From Candidatus Nomurabacteria bacterium (GTDB taxonomy: Bacteria; Patescibacteriota; Dojkabacteria; SC72; JAHDCA01), in the NCBI GenBank assembly GCA_020632395.1, contig JACKFQ010000002.1, positions 83,662 through 147,661 of the forward strand: a stretch of 64,000 nt of DNA, given 5' to 3'. Positions within the stretch are counted from its first letter, which is position 1. Each line of letters opens with the position of its first letter. A program made the translations under genes and the position numbers. Under the pieces are notes generated by a model, which did not search any database, had not been told where the DNA came from, and saw nothing but the letters and a program-made list of their open reading frames with translations. Below are positions 6,786-15,822 of this stretch, piece after piece.

Positions 6786-6875
6786 AGTACAATATTTCTC
6801 TTAGGTATATCTGGCAAATGAGCCTTATAATAACAACTTTACGAACGTAGTACTATATACGAATTCCACTATCCA

Positions 6876-7208
6876 TCAAGACTTATTTGTTTTTTGTGCC
6901 ACTTTTTCGGGTAGAAGGTTATGGATCGCAAGAAATGGCAATAATGCAAATGACCCTACGAATAGAACCGCTAAAGCAAAAGGATATCTTCGCTTGCTCT
7001 TTTCACTATTTAGGATCCAAAAACAAGATATTGTCGAGAAAACACCTATATCAATGAACATAATGCGAGCGAAAGAGCTTTCCTCCAAAACGGATCTCAT
7101 CGGTATAAAATCGTTCATTAGTTGTGGGTCAAATATGGCATAGATGACCAACAATACCCATACGACGATGAATGTTATCCCTAGTCGTCTCTTCTCAGAT
7201 GAATTCAT
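6876..7208 (-). CDS. Small membrane protein (2-3 TM helices)
   Basis: Hydrophobic 110 aa ORF. Confidence 0.4.
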   Translation of the reverse strand: MNSSEKRRLGITFIVVWVLLVIYAIFDPQLMNDFIPMRSVLEESSFARIMFIDIGVFSTISCFWILNSEKSKRRYPFALAVLFVGSFALLPFLAIHNLLPEKVAQKTNKS

Positions 7209-7297
7209 GATCTTCTTTGTAACTAATAATTAAAATGTTCAACCAGAAAACAGATCAAGCCTATAGTTGCTAAGCTGCTTTACTTTTATAAACCTCT

Positions 7298-8368
7298 CTA
7301 ACTATAAGTTAGCTGGGTAGACAACTGCTTCACCATCTCCACTACAACTGCAGGAGCCACTATACTATATGATTCTACACCATTGTCATCGATAAAAGTC
7401 CACTTCGTATCCTTCCGTACTACCTTACCATCTACTACCTCATAAGATGCACGAGGTGTTAATTCGTAATCATCAAGTATATCAGCTGCGATCTCCACCG
7501 GAACAGAATTTCTCACAAAGATCTTTGGAACGCCATGCAGGTCAAAGATCTTTCGGATCAACTCATCGTCCATCTCTATCCTTTCCCGGATAGTTTCTAT
7601 GCCAAGAGAATCCCCCTCTTTCTCAACCATTCGCTCAGAGCTACATTCAGGGTTATCACAAATCAGGTAAAACTCATCCTTATCAGGGTCATAGCCAGCT
7701 TCCTTTGTGGGGAAAGCCCACAGATTTCTTGATGTATGACATTTGGGGCAGATCCTCCTGTATTTGATGCGTGTATCAATTACTGATTCGGGAACATCCA
7801 GTAGCATGAAAAGATCAGGGTCATCGCGATAATTGATCAGCTCTCTAAAATACAGTGAGTATGTCACCTGATCCATATTTCTAGGAAACCCATCAATGAA
7901 CAGATTTCTCCTACCGGCCTTTTCGATCTCGCGTTTAACGAGAGCGAGAATGAACTCGGTAGGTAGAAGATGTGCGGTAGAGCGATTCATAAAGGCCTCT
8001 ATTGCATCATTTATGGATATAAAACCTCTATAATTAGCTTTCAGATACTCTTCCAGAGCTTGCCTCTCTACTGGATCGTTCTTGATCTCATCAGCAGCCC
8101 TTACGATATCACCTACAGAGAGGTGTTTGATCATATCAGAGCCAAAGATCTCAGCTAAGAGCTTAGTGAAAGTTCCTTTACCTGCTTGTTTCTTTCCAAG
8201 AATGTAGACTATGAACGTATTATCTCTCATATAATCTTTCAGATCGGCAATCTCTTTACCGATCTTATCTTGAAAATATACTTGTCTTTCTGCCGGATCT
8301 GACAGATCATAACTATCACGACCTGATCTAGTCTTTGTGTTTGGCATAGGAAAATCTAACCCCTTCAT
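7298..8368 (-). CDS. Atypical adenylate-kinase-family protein with N- and C-terminal extensions and a zinc lid
   Basis: P-loop GKKQAGKGT, HLSVGDIVRAA, FIDGFPRN, and a zinc lid CPKCH ... CDNPEC. At 356 aa it is longer than the operon adk at 229 aa. Confidence 0.55.
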   Translation of the reverse strand: MKGLDFPMPNTKTRSGRDSYDLSDPAERQVYFQDKIGKEIADLKDYMRDNTFIVYILGKKQAGKGTFTKLLAEIFGSDMIKHLSVGDIVRAADEIKNDPVERQALEEYLKANYRGFISINDAIEAFMNRSTAHLLPTEFILALVKREIEKAGRRNLFIDGFPRNMDQVTYSLYFRELINYRDDPDLFMLLDVPESVIDTRIKYRRICPKCHTSRNLWAFPTKEAGYDPDKDEFYLICDNPECSSERMVEKEGDSLGIETIRERIEMDDELIRKIFDLHGVPKIFVRNSVPVEIAADILDDYELTPRASYEVVDGKVVRKDTKWTFIDDNGVESYSIVAPAVVVEMVKQLSTQLTYS

Positions 8369-8386
8369 TCTGTTATTCGTTAAAGA

Positions 8387-9502
8387 TTATTTACAATTTG
8401 CGATTATCCATTCTTTTATTAGGTCCTTGAATTTCATTAGATCCTCAAAGTCTACCCATTCATCCTTAATATGCGCTGATGAGCATGTTGGCATAGTCAT
8501 AAGCACTGGGATACCCTTTGCACTAAAAAATGCTGCGTCCGAACCACCATGCGATCTGATTATTTCGGGTTGGATACCATGATCATGGGTAATCTCCTGC
8601 CAGATCTTAGTCGGACCTGATCTTGGATCATTATTAACCGCACTACTCCAATGTATAGTGGTTAATAGTAGGTTACGCGATGTAAATTCTTTGGTGACAA
8701 GCTCTTGTATAATTAACGGATCAAACTCGGCAGGTATCCTTATATCAAGAAACATTTCGGCACTATCCGGCACCATATTTATAGCAGATCCACCTTTGAT
8801 CATTCCAATATTTACAGTAGGTATCCAATCATTCGAAGCTGTAGGTGTTCCCCACCTAGTAATAAATTCGTCATGTAGCCAACTGTATGCTTCGGTAAGT
8901 TGATTTATAGCATTTTTGCCCAGCCATGGTCTTGCTCCATGTGCTGCCACTCCCGTTGCAGTACATTTCAGATGCCACAACCCTTTCTCAGCTACACAGA
9001 TCGACCAGTTTGGTCCCGAATCAGGTAGAAATACAACTCCGGGTCGATACCCAACATCATTCAAGAGATACTGCACACCATTATCACTACCGACCTCTTC
9101 ATCAGATGTGAACATAAGTGCGACATCGAGTTTATTTCCTTCTGAAATGAGTTCCTTATATGCATATATCATTGCGACATCTACCCCTTTCATATCACTA
9201 GAACCCCTTGCATAGATCCTCCCATCCTTCTCATAAGGTTCAAATTGATCACTATCCAAGGGAGGTACCACATCAACATGGCCACTCAACATGATCTTCG
9301 GTGTAAGGGTTTTTCGTTGTGAGATAACAATTGAAGGGATATCATTCTTTTCGTACTTTTCAATATTCAGATCAAGATCACTTACTAACTGTTCGACAAA
9401 TTTAATCGCTTCATGGAGTTTTGGAATGTTGTCTGATGTTGACCCGATCTTTAAGAATGATAACAGAGCTTCTTTCATGGTTAAGAGGATATCATATATC
9501 AA
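8387..9502 (-). CDS. M20-family metallopeptidase (ArgE/DapE-like deacylase)
   Basis: SGHVDVVPP and GRIYARGSSDMKG motifs. Size is 371 aa. Confidence 0.75.
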   Translation of the reverse strand: MIYDILLTMKEALLSFLKIGSTSDNIPKLHEAIKFVEQLVSDLDLNIEKYEKNDIPSIVISQRKTLTPKIMLSGHVDVVPPLDSDQFEPYEKDGRIYARGSSDMKGVDVAMIYAYKELISEGNKLDVALMFTSDEEVGSDNGVQYLLNDVGYRPGVVFLPDSGPNWSICVAEKGLWHLKCTATGVAAHGARPWLGKNAINQLTEAYSWLHDEFITRWGTPTASNDWIPTVNIGMIKGGSAINMVPDSAEMFLDIRIPAEFDPLIIQELVTKEFTSRNLLLTTIHWSSAVNNDPRSGPTKIWQEITHDHGIQPEIIRSHGGSDAAFFSAKGIPVLMTMPTCSSAHIKDEWVDFEDLMKFKDLIKEWIIANCK

Positions 9503-9518
9503 ACATTTCTGTATACTT

Positions 9519-9947
9519 CTATCCAGTCTTTACAACATTTGCAATATCCCCGACGCACATCCAAGCGGATGAGATCCCGTAACCCTTCTTATCGATCTCA
9601 AACGGTTTGATCTTCCTCGGTTCTTTCAGGAATACAAGAATACAATATCTTTTTTTCTCATAGTACTCATTATATGTCGTAGTTTTCATACTGATCTCGT
9701 CACCATGGTCATGTGCTATCTTCTCGAACAGCTCTTTGTTTAGATTTTCATACTGTTTTACTCTCAAGACTTCTGCACATGCAGTAACAGGATCACCCGA
9801 ATATTTAAAAAACACCCGGTCACCCTTTTTTATCTTTCCCCAAGGAGCTATACGATTTACATACCATCGGGATTCGATCCTTTTCTTTCTCGAAAGTATA
9901 TCCTCGATCAAACCGGAAGACCTTTTCATGATCGCCACATGATCCAT
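9519..9947 (-). CDS. ASCH/PUA-like domain protein
   Basis: Small beta-rich protein of 142 aa with an ASCH-like N-terminal region. Assignment is tentative. Confidence 0.4.
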   Translation of the reverse strand: MDHVAIMKRSSGLIEDILSRKKRIESRWYVNRIAPWGKIKKGDRVFFKYSGDPVTACAEVLRVKQYENLNKELFEKIAHDHGDEISMKTTTYNEYYEKKRYCILVFLKEPRKIKPFEIDKKGYGISSAWMCVGDIANVVKTG

Positions 9948-10191
9948 AGTTTTGATGAGTTAAAAATTTTATATATAAAAAAACCGAACTTTTGTTACTA
10001 GATCTTGATGCTGGATCGTGATACTAGGTTCTAATACTTGGGCTTGATACTGGGATCTTCTTGCGAGTGAGTTTTTACTTAATGTACTACCTCAAGATCC
10101 CCTCTTACTTAAATGCCTTCGTGAGTACTTTCTGGTATGTCCTATTCGATACTTTAAGAGAGTCCTGCAGAGAGGATCCCACCAATACTTA

Positions 10192-11421
10192 CTAAGATCC
10201 CCTGCTCTTATACCATTCTTTGAGAGTATCAAAGGAGATCCTCTGCCCAAACTCCAATGCACCAAGTTCAAAAAGCTTTAAAGCGATGAAATAGCTAATG
10301 ATCAACTGCAATATCAGAGCAACTATCGATGCAACAATTTCGAATGAAGATAAGACTCCTATACCATTCCTAAAGAGCAATATCAAAGGAGAAGAAATCG
10401 GTACATAACTTAAAATTAGAGCAAGGGTTCCATCAGGATCCGCTATCAAGAAACCTATCATATACAAAGGAAGTATCGCCAACATTATAAATACAGAAGA
10501 AAAACTCTGCGATTCTTTGAGGGTTGGCATTGCCGCTCCCACACCAACCATGATATTAGCTAGTATCACAAAGCCAAGAAATGCATATAAAAATGAAGGT
10601 ATGGCCTGTACCGGGTCGATACTTATCTGACTTACATCTATAGGTAATGAGGCATCCGAGATCTTTAACCCCATAACCCCTAAAGTTATCAGAAGTGTGA
10701 TCTGAGTCACAACAATACCTATCAAGCCTAGCAATTTCCCTTTTATAAGATCATCTGAGCGAATAGAGGTGAGTATGATCTCCATCATTCTCGACTCTTT
10801 TTCTTCTGCCACACTTGCCAGGAGATAACTCGTGCCAGATGTTATCATCAAAAAATATATTACAAATGCTCCGATCGGAACTATGTAATCTTCAACTTTT
10901 TCCTCTACCTTTTCGCCATTTTCATATACATTCAGCTCTACTCCGGGAGGTGTTTCTAAGATCAGATACTGCGTCTGGTCAAGGGTCGAAAGCACAGAGC
11001 TACGTAATAAAGCTACTGCTGTGCTATTGTACTGATTATTCTCTATCACATTGAGATTGATCCTGTAGATCTCGATCTTTCCTTTGCCTTCCAGAAGCGA
11101 CTGAGGATAATAAAAGAATACTGAGGCACCACCATCCAAAACGATCTCTTTCCCCTCCTCGATCGTAGAGACGAACTCCACACCTTCTCCTTGTACTGCT
11201 TCGGTATCAATTAGACCAGTTTCATCAAGTACCAATAATACATTATCCTTGTCGAATTTCTGGATCTCTTCGAATTTCTGCTGTGCCGTTTCTGCTGAGA
11301 ACGTATTTAGTAACGAGACAATAACTATCAAAATTGGCAATAACAGGGTAGAAAGCCAAAAACTCTTCTTCCTTACTACAGTTATGTATTCTCTTTTAGC
11401 GACAAGTAGTAGTTTGTTCAT
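10192..11421 (-). CDS. ABC-2 type exporter permease
   Basis: N-terminal TM helix, a large extracytoplasmic loop and a C-terminal cluster of TM helices. Immediately downstream of an ABC ATPase. Confidence 0.65.
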   Translation of the reverse strand: MNKLLLVAKREYITVVRKKSFWLSTLLLPILIVIVSLLNTFSAETAQQKFEEIQKFDKDNVLLVLDETGLIDTEAVQGEGVEFVSTIEEGKEIVLDGGASVFFYYPQSLLEGKGKIEIYRINLNVIENNQYNSTAVALLRSSVLSTLDQTQYLILETPPGVELNVYENGEKVEEKVEDYIVPIGAFVIYFLMITSGTSYLLASVAEEKESRMMEIILTSIRSDDLIKGKLLGLIGIVVTQITLLITLGVMGLKISDASLPIDVSQISIDPVQAIPSFLYAFLGFVILANIMVGVGAAMPTLKESQSFSSVFIMLAILPLYMIGFLIADPDGTLALILSYVPISSPLILLFRNGIGVLSSFEIVASIVALILQLIISYFIALKLFELGALEFGQRISFDTLKEWYKSRGS

Positions 11422-11422
11422 T

Positions 11423-12322
11423 TTAGTTATTGCCTTTCATTATATCTATGAAGATCTGCTCAATAGTAGGTAAATATCGCTCAAACGATCTGATCTTCAC
11501 CCCTTCATTTAATAGTTTCTTTAAAACTTCATTATCCTCTGCTGGTTTTACTGTTCTTACTAAATACCCTTCTCTAAAAGGGGTTGTACTGATACCGTCA
11601 ATCTTAGGTATAGTTGTACCTTCAGGGATCACGATGTAGTACGATCCATCTGCAGCTTCTTCTCTGACCTTGTTTACACTCCCGTCCAGCGCAATACGAC
11701 CGTTATGCAGTATGCCAACTTTGTTCGCGACTTTTTCGACCTCTTCTAATATGTGAGTACTAAATAGTACGGTTGTGCCATTATCTCGTAGCTCCATGAT
11801 CATATCTATCAGAAGTTTTCTATTTACAGGATCAAGACCTTTTGTAGGCTCATCTAGTATAAGAAGTTTTGGTTGGTGGATGAGAGCTAAACCAAGCTGA
11901 ACCTTCTGTTGTTGCCCAGATGATAGTTTTCTGATCTCTTGCGACCCCTTTTCTGCAATTCCCACACTTTCAAGATACTCTCTCGATGCTGTTGTAGCAT
12001 CCTTCTTGCTCATACCTTTCAAAGTAGCGTGATACACTAGGGCATCTAATGTTCTCATACCCAAATACAGTCCTCTTTCTTCAGGAAGATAGCCTAAGAT
12101 ATGTGCTTGTTTCTCTGTATATCTTTGGCCATAAACAAGGAGCTCTCCTTGATAGATAGTATAGATGTTCAATAAGCATCTGATCGTTGTGGTTTTACCT
12201 GATCCGTTAGCACCTATCAGGGCATAAACTTCACCAGAGTCTATCTGAAGATCCATTTGTTTGATAACTTCTTTATTTCCGAAAGATTTATGGAATTTTG
12301 AAATATCGACTGCATGGTTCAC
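11423..12322 (-). CDS. ABC transporter ATP-binding protein
   Basis: Walker A GANGSGKTT, signature LSSGQQQKV, Walker B LLILDEP. Confidence 0.85.
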   Translation of the reverse strand: MNHAVDISKFHKSFGNKEVIKQMDLQIDSGEVYALIGANGSGKTTTIRCLLNIYTIYQGELLVYGQRYTEKQAHILGYLPEERGLYLGMRTLDALVYHATLKGMSKKDATTASREYLESVGIAEKGSQEIRKLSSGQQQKVQLGLALIHQPKLLILDEPTKGLDPVNRKLLIDMIMELRDNGTTVLFSTHILEEVEKVANKVGILHNGRIALDGSVNKVREEAADGSYYIVIPEGTTIPKIDGISTTPFREGYLVRTVKPAEDNEVLKKLLNEGVKIRSFERYLPTIEQIFIDIMKGNN

Positions 12323-12533
12323 GATAATATTGGTCTGTAATACAAGATATTGGGTCTAATTATGATTATAATACAAAATGATGTGGGTGTCAGAACTTTC
12401 TATCGGCATACAAGTATGTATATCTCCGAGCATTTAGCTTCATTTATAAATTCACAAAAAAGTGCTGATCGTAAACTTGGATTGAGTAGGCAAAGGTGAT
12501 AAATTAGTATAAACATTCTCAATTATTCCAACT

Positions 12534-15500
12534 ATGGTGTCCAAAAGTAAACAGAAAAAACGATCAAAAAACAAACAGTTCGAACTAAGGATGATACTTT
12601 TGGGGATTGTATCACTCACTCTGTTTCTAGTTTCCTTACTCATATATCTCTATAAAAGTGAGTCGATAATTGATAAATACAACATCATTGCAAGTGATTT
12701 CTCTGACAGTTCCTTCTCAATATCCTTCAGCACATTACAACCTAAGTATTTTCAAGCAGTCCTTTTAACCGAAGGAGAGGGGATCTCAAAACTGATATCT
12801 TCAAAAGCTACATCAGAGACTGAAGATATCAGGATCATCGAAAGAGTTTCTGATACTTTCAAACCCGGATATTATACCCATTATTACACATTCAAAAAAA
12901 TAGATCCTAATGAGAGCTATCGGGTCGCATTAAAGGACTCTACGGGGAGATTATGGAAGACTGATAAAGTTATCTTCCCAGAGGATTGGGAGGAGAGACA
13001 TAAGGTTCAGAAAGGTGACTCTGATCCATTGCCACTTTCAGGTTCTGTATCCTATGAAGGTGAATTTGTTCAAGGTGCATTGGTTTATGCAACATATAAT
13101 GGCATTACGATCTCAACGATCACAGCTGAAGAAGGTAAGTTCGTTTTAGAAGCTGCAAAATTTGGTTTACACGGATCTGACTTTGAAGACACACTGTCAA
13201 TACCTATAAACGTAGACCTATCATATCTAGGTGGCTACGACACCTCACTCACATACACCACAGAAGAACTTAGTAGTAGGACAGAAAAAGATCTAGGACT
13301 CATCTGGAGTACAAGAAGTATGGACTGGGGATCAGATATCATGCCGAAGAAAAAAAGTGAAAATCTTCTTGTCTCAGAGGTCTATGCCTGCTCTGCCGGA
13401 CAAACAAGGATCTGTCGCTCTGATACGAGTCGTGGGAGAGCTTGTTTACCAGGTAGTACCTGTGCATGGGAGGTCGATGAAGAAGGTTACCCTATCATCT
13501 GTTCATGCACATCACAAAGCTCAGGTTCCTCTGGTACTGCTGGAAATTCGACATCAACATCAGCTCCTGACATGTCTAACGCCGGATGGGAGAATGGTGT
13601 ACCGGAGGTTGGAGGGAGTACACCTCTTGATAGTCAGCTATGTGAATATAAATGTTCGGTAGCATGCTCGTCAGAGCACTCTGATGGAAATTGGTATGGT
13701 CAATGTGGTAACCCCGACAAAAGCGATGCAGGTATAGACACTTGCACTTGTATAAAGCTCGAGGGAGAGATGAGTAGCTATACAACACCAGCATATGACC
13801 CTAATCAGTTCGGTTCTGGGCAAGGAGGTTTCAATTGCCCAGCTGGTCAAGATATCTATGTGTCAAAGCCCGGGGTGATTTTTTGTGTACCTGCAGATGC
13901 ACCTAAGGTAGGTTACAAGGTCGACCCATCTTTAGTACAGATATTCACAGCGATCAAAGAGGCGATCGAGTCTGTCGGGGTCAAGGCTGGACTGATCACG
14001 GGAGGTTTTGGAGGAGGAGGAGGATCATACACAACTGACAAAAGTGGAAGACCCGTCATAAGGTTAGATTGGAATGAGCCGAATGTTGCATTAACAGCTG
14101 CTCATGAAGCGATGCACCAGGCTGGTGATCAGGCAGCCTCTTGTTATAGGAGTTTACCCGTGATACATAAAGAATTTTGTGCAGATTACTGTTCCTTGAG
14201 CACACCCTTAGAGATTGGTTATGCATTTAAGTATAAAGGATCCTATAGACTTCCAATGGAGATCGCTTCAGAAGAGTGGTATGGAGGTGAGACAGATCTG
14301 GATGCGATAAGAAATAGTCAACGATATAAGAATGACTGCCTAGATCCTGACGGTATGTGCCGAGGAGGAATATGCGACATTGTGAATAAGGTGAATATAA
14401 CAGATGTTGTAGGGAGACGTTACGCACAAACCCATAATGAATACAGTGACGGTGTGAGGGGTTTGGAATATGTGGGGTCTGGAATAAAGAGGAATTGGAA
14501 TCTACCAGATGATGATACTGTAGGAAGCGATGATCCTGCGATCTCTGAAACAGATACTTTCGATCCTGATCGTGATGAACCTGCATCAAATGAAGCTGTT
14601 TCTAATACAGACACCCCGGTTTGTACCTATGAAGAGGTGGGAGAGATCATTTATGAATTTAAGAATGCATACTATTACGAGATACTCAGTAGTATGCCAC
14701 CAGGTACAGAAGTCGATACAGAGGACCTGTTAGACTGGTTGTTAGAAAAGATCACAGATTACTATGGTTATGATCAGAACAAAGCGCAGTGCATAATTGA
14801 TCATCTTGACCAGTACCCAAATCTACTGCATTTTGATTCGTTACTTGTTTGGGATGACACAAAAGATGCTTATATAGTGACCACAAACAGTATGGGTTTT
14901 GCTGATTTTGCAGGATTGATAGAGAATGGATTTGATTTGCTTGATCCTTCAGATCTAGACGAGCAAACAAGTTATTCCTTGCCCGCTATACCGAGAGTAG
15001 ATACCTCTGGACTTTATGAGATCTATTCAGCTTTTCCAATCGATTACGATTCCGAGACAGGATCATTTTTGATCAGTTACGATCCGGATGTAGAAACTCA
15101 ATCGGAAAGTCTGTTGCAGAAAGCTTATGCAAGCGAACCGACTGTTCATCAGATCGACCCTTCCAATGCAAAGATGTTTCTATTTACGGATACAAATGAG
15201 AATCAAAAATACGATCCAGAGGGAGAGCAAATCGAGAAATTTGCAGGTATACCTATCATAATAAAACGGGCGCCCGAACAAACCCAACATAGCTATCAAT
15301 TGAACAAGGGTTTGAACATGATAGCGTTTCCTTTCGAAGCTGAAAGTTTTACAGCAAAATCACTATTAGATAAAATAAACACACAAGGTGGAGATGCAAC
15401 AGAGATATCCACGATACGAGATGGTACCTGGCAGGTTTATAAGAAATCCAAATTTGTAGATTACACATATAAGGACTTCCCTATTGAGATCGGAAAAGGA

Positions 15501-15794
15501 TATTTCGTATTTACTGAACGGGATTCTACTCTACATCTGTGGGGCAATGAAGTTGACTTTACATATGAGATCTTCTCTGGATATGGGAGTGTGGGTTTCT
15601 CGGATACTCTGATCGAACAGTATAAGACCGCATATGGATTACTCCTCGCTGATAGTCAGATATATGAGATCACAAAATATAAGGATGGAAAATTCTATTC
15701 CGTTATCAGATCCGATGGTGACATATTTGGGTATGATTATGACCTCTCAAAATATGAAGGGTATTTCATTAGAAAATTACGATCTTCAAACTGA
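12534..15794 (+). CDS. Giant secreted or membrane-anchored Cys-rich surface protein (1086 aa)
   Basis: N-terminal TM helix LRMILLGIVSLTLFLVSLLIYLY, Cys-rich blocks, a Gly run and an acidic C-terminal half. No recognisable catalytic motif. Confidence 0.6.
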   Translation: MVSKSKQKKRSKNKQFELRMILLGIVSLTLFLVSLLIYLYKSESIIDKYNIIASDFSDSSFSISFSTLQPKYFQAVLLTEGEGISKLISSKATSETEDIRIIERVSDTFKPGYYTHYYTFKKIDPNESYRVALKDSTGRLWKTDKVIFPEDWEERHKVQKGDSDPLPLSGSVSYEGEFVQGALVYATYNGITISTITAEEGKFVLEAAKFGLHGSDFEDTLSIPINVDLSYLGGYDTSLTYTTEELSSRTEKDLGLIWSTRSMDWGSDIMPKKKSENLLVSEVYACSAGQTRICRSDTSRGRACLPGSTCAWEVDEEGYPIICSCTSQSSGSSGTAGNSTSTSAPDMSNAGWENGVPEVGGSTPLDSQLCEYKCSVACSSEHSDGNWYGQCGNPDKSDAGIDTCTCIKLEGEMSSYTTPAYDPNQFGSGQGGFNCPAGQDIYVSKPGVIFCVPADAPKVGYKVDPSLVQIFTAIKEAIESVGVKAGLITGGFGGGGGSYTTDKSGRPVIRLDWNEPNVALTAAHEAMHQAGDQAASCYRSLPVIHKEFCADYCSLSTPLEIGYAFKYKGSYRLPMEIASEEWYGGETDLDAIRNSQRYKNDCLDPDGMCRGGICDIVNKVNITDVVGRRYAQTHNEYSDGVRGLEYVGSGIKRNWNLPDDDTVGSDDPAISETDTFDPDRDEPASNEAVSNTDTPVCTYEEVGEIIYEFKNAYYYEILSSMPPGTEVDTEDLLDWLLEKITDYYGYDQNKAQCIIDHLDQYPNLLHFDSLLVWDDTKDAYIVTTNSMGFADFAGLIENGFDLLDPSDLDEQTSYSLPAIPRVDTSGLYEIYSAFPIDYDSETGSFLISYDPDVETQSESLLQKAYASEPTVHQIDPSNAKMFLFTDTNENQKYDPEGEQIEKFAGIPIIIKRAPEQTQHSYQLNKGLNMIAFPFEAESFTAKSLLDKINTQGGDATEISTIRDGTWQVYKKSKFVDYTYKDFPIEIGKGYFVFTERDSTLHLWGNEVDFTYEIFSGYGSVGFSDTLIEQYKTAYGLLLADSQIYEITKYKDGKFYSVIRSDGDIFGYDYDLSKYEGYFIRKLRSSN

Positions 15795-15822
15795 TTGGAG
15801 AAACTGATCAGTAAAGCAAATT

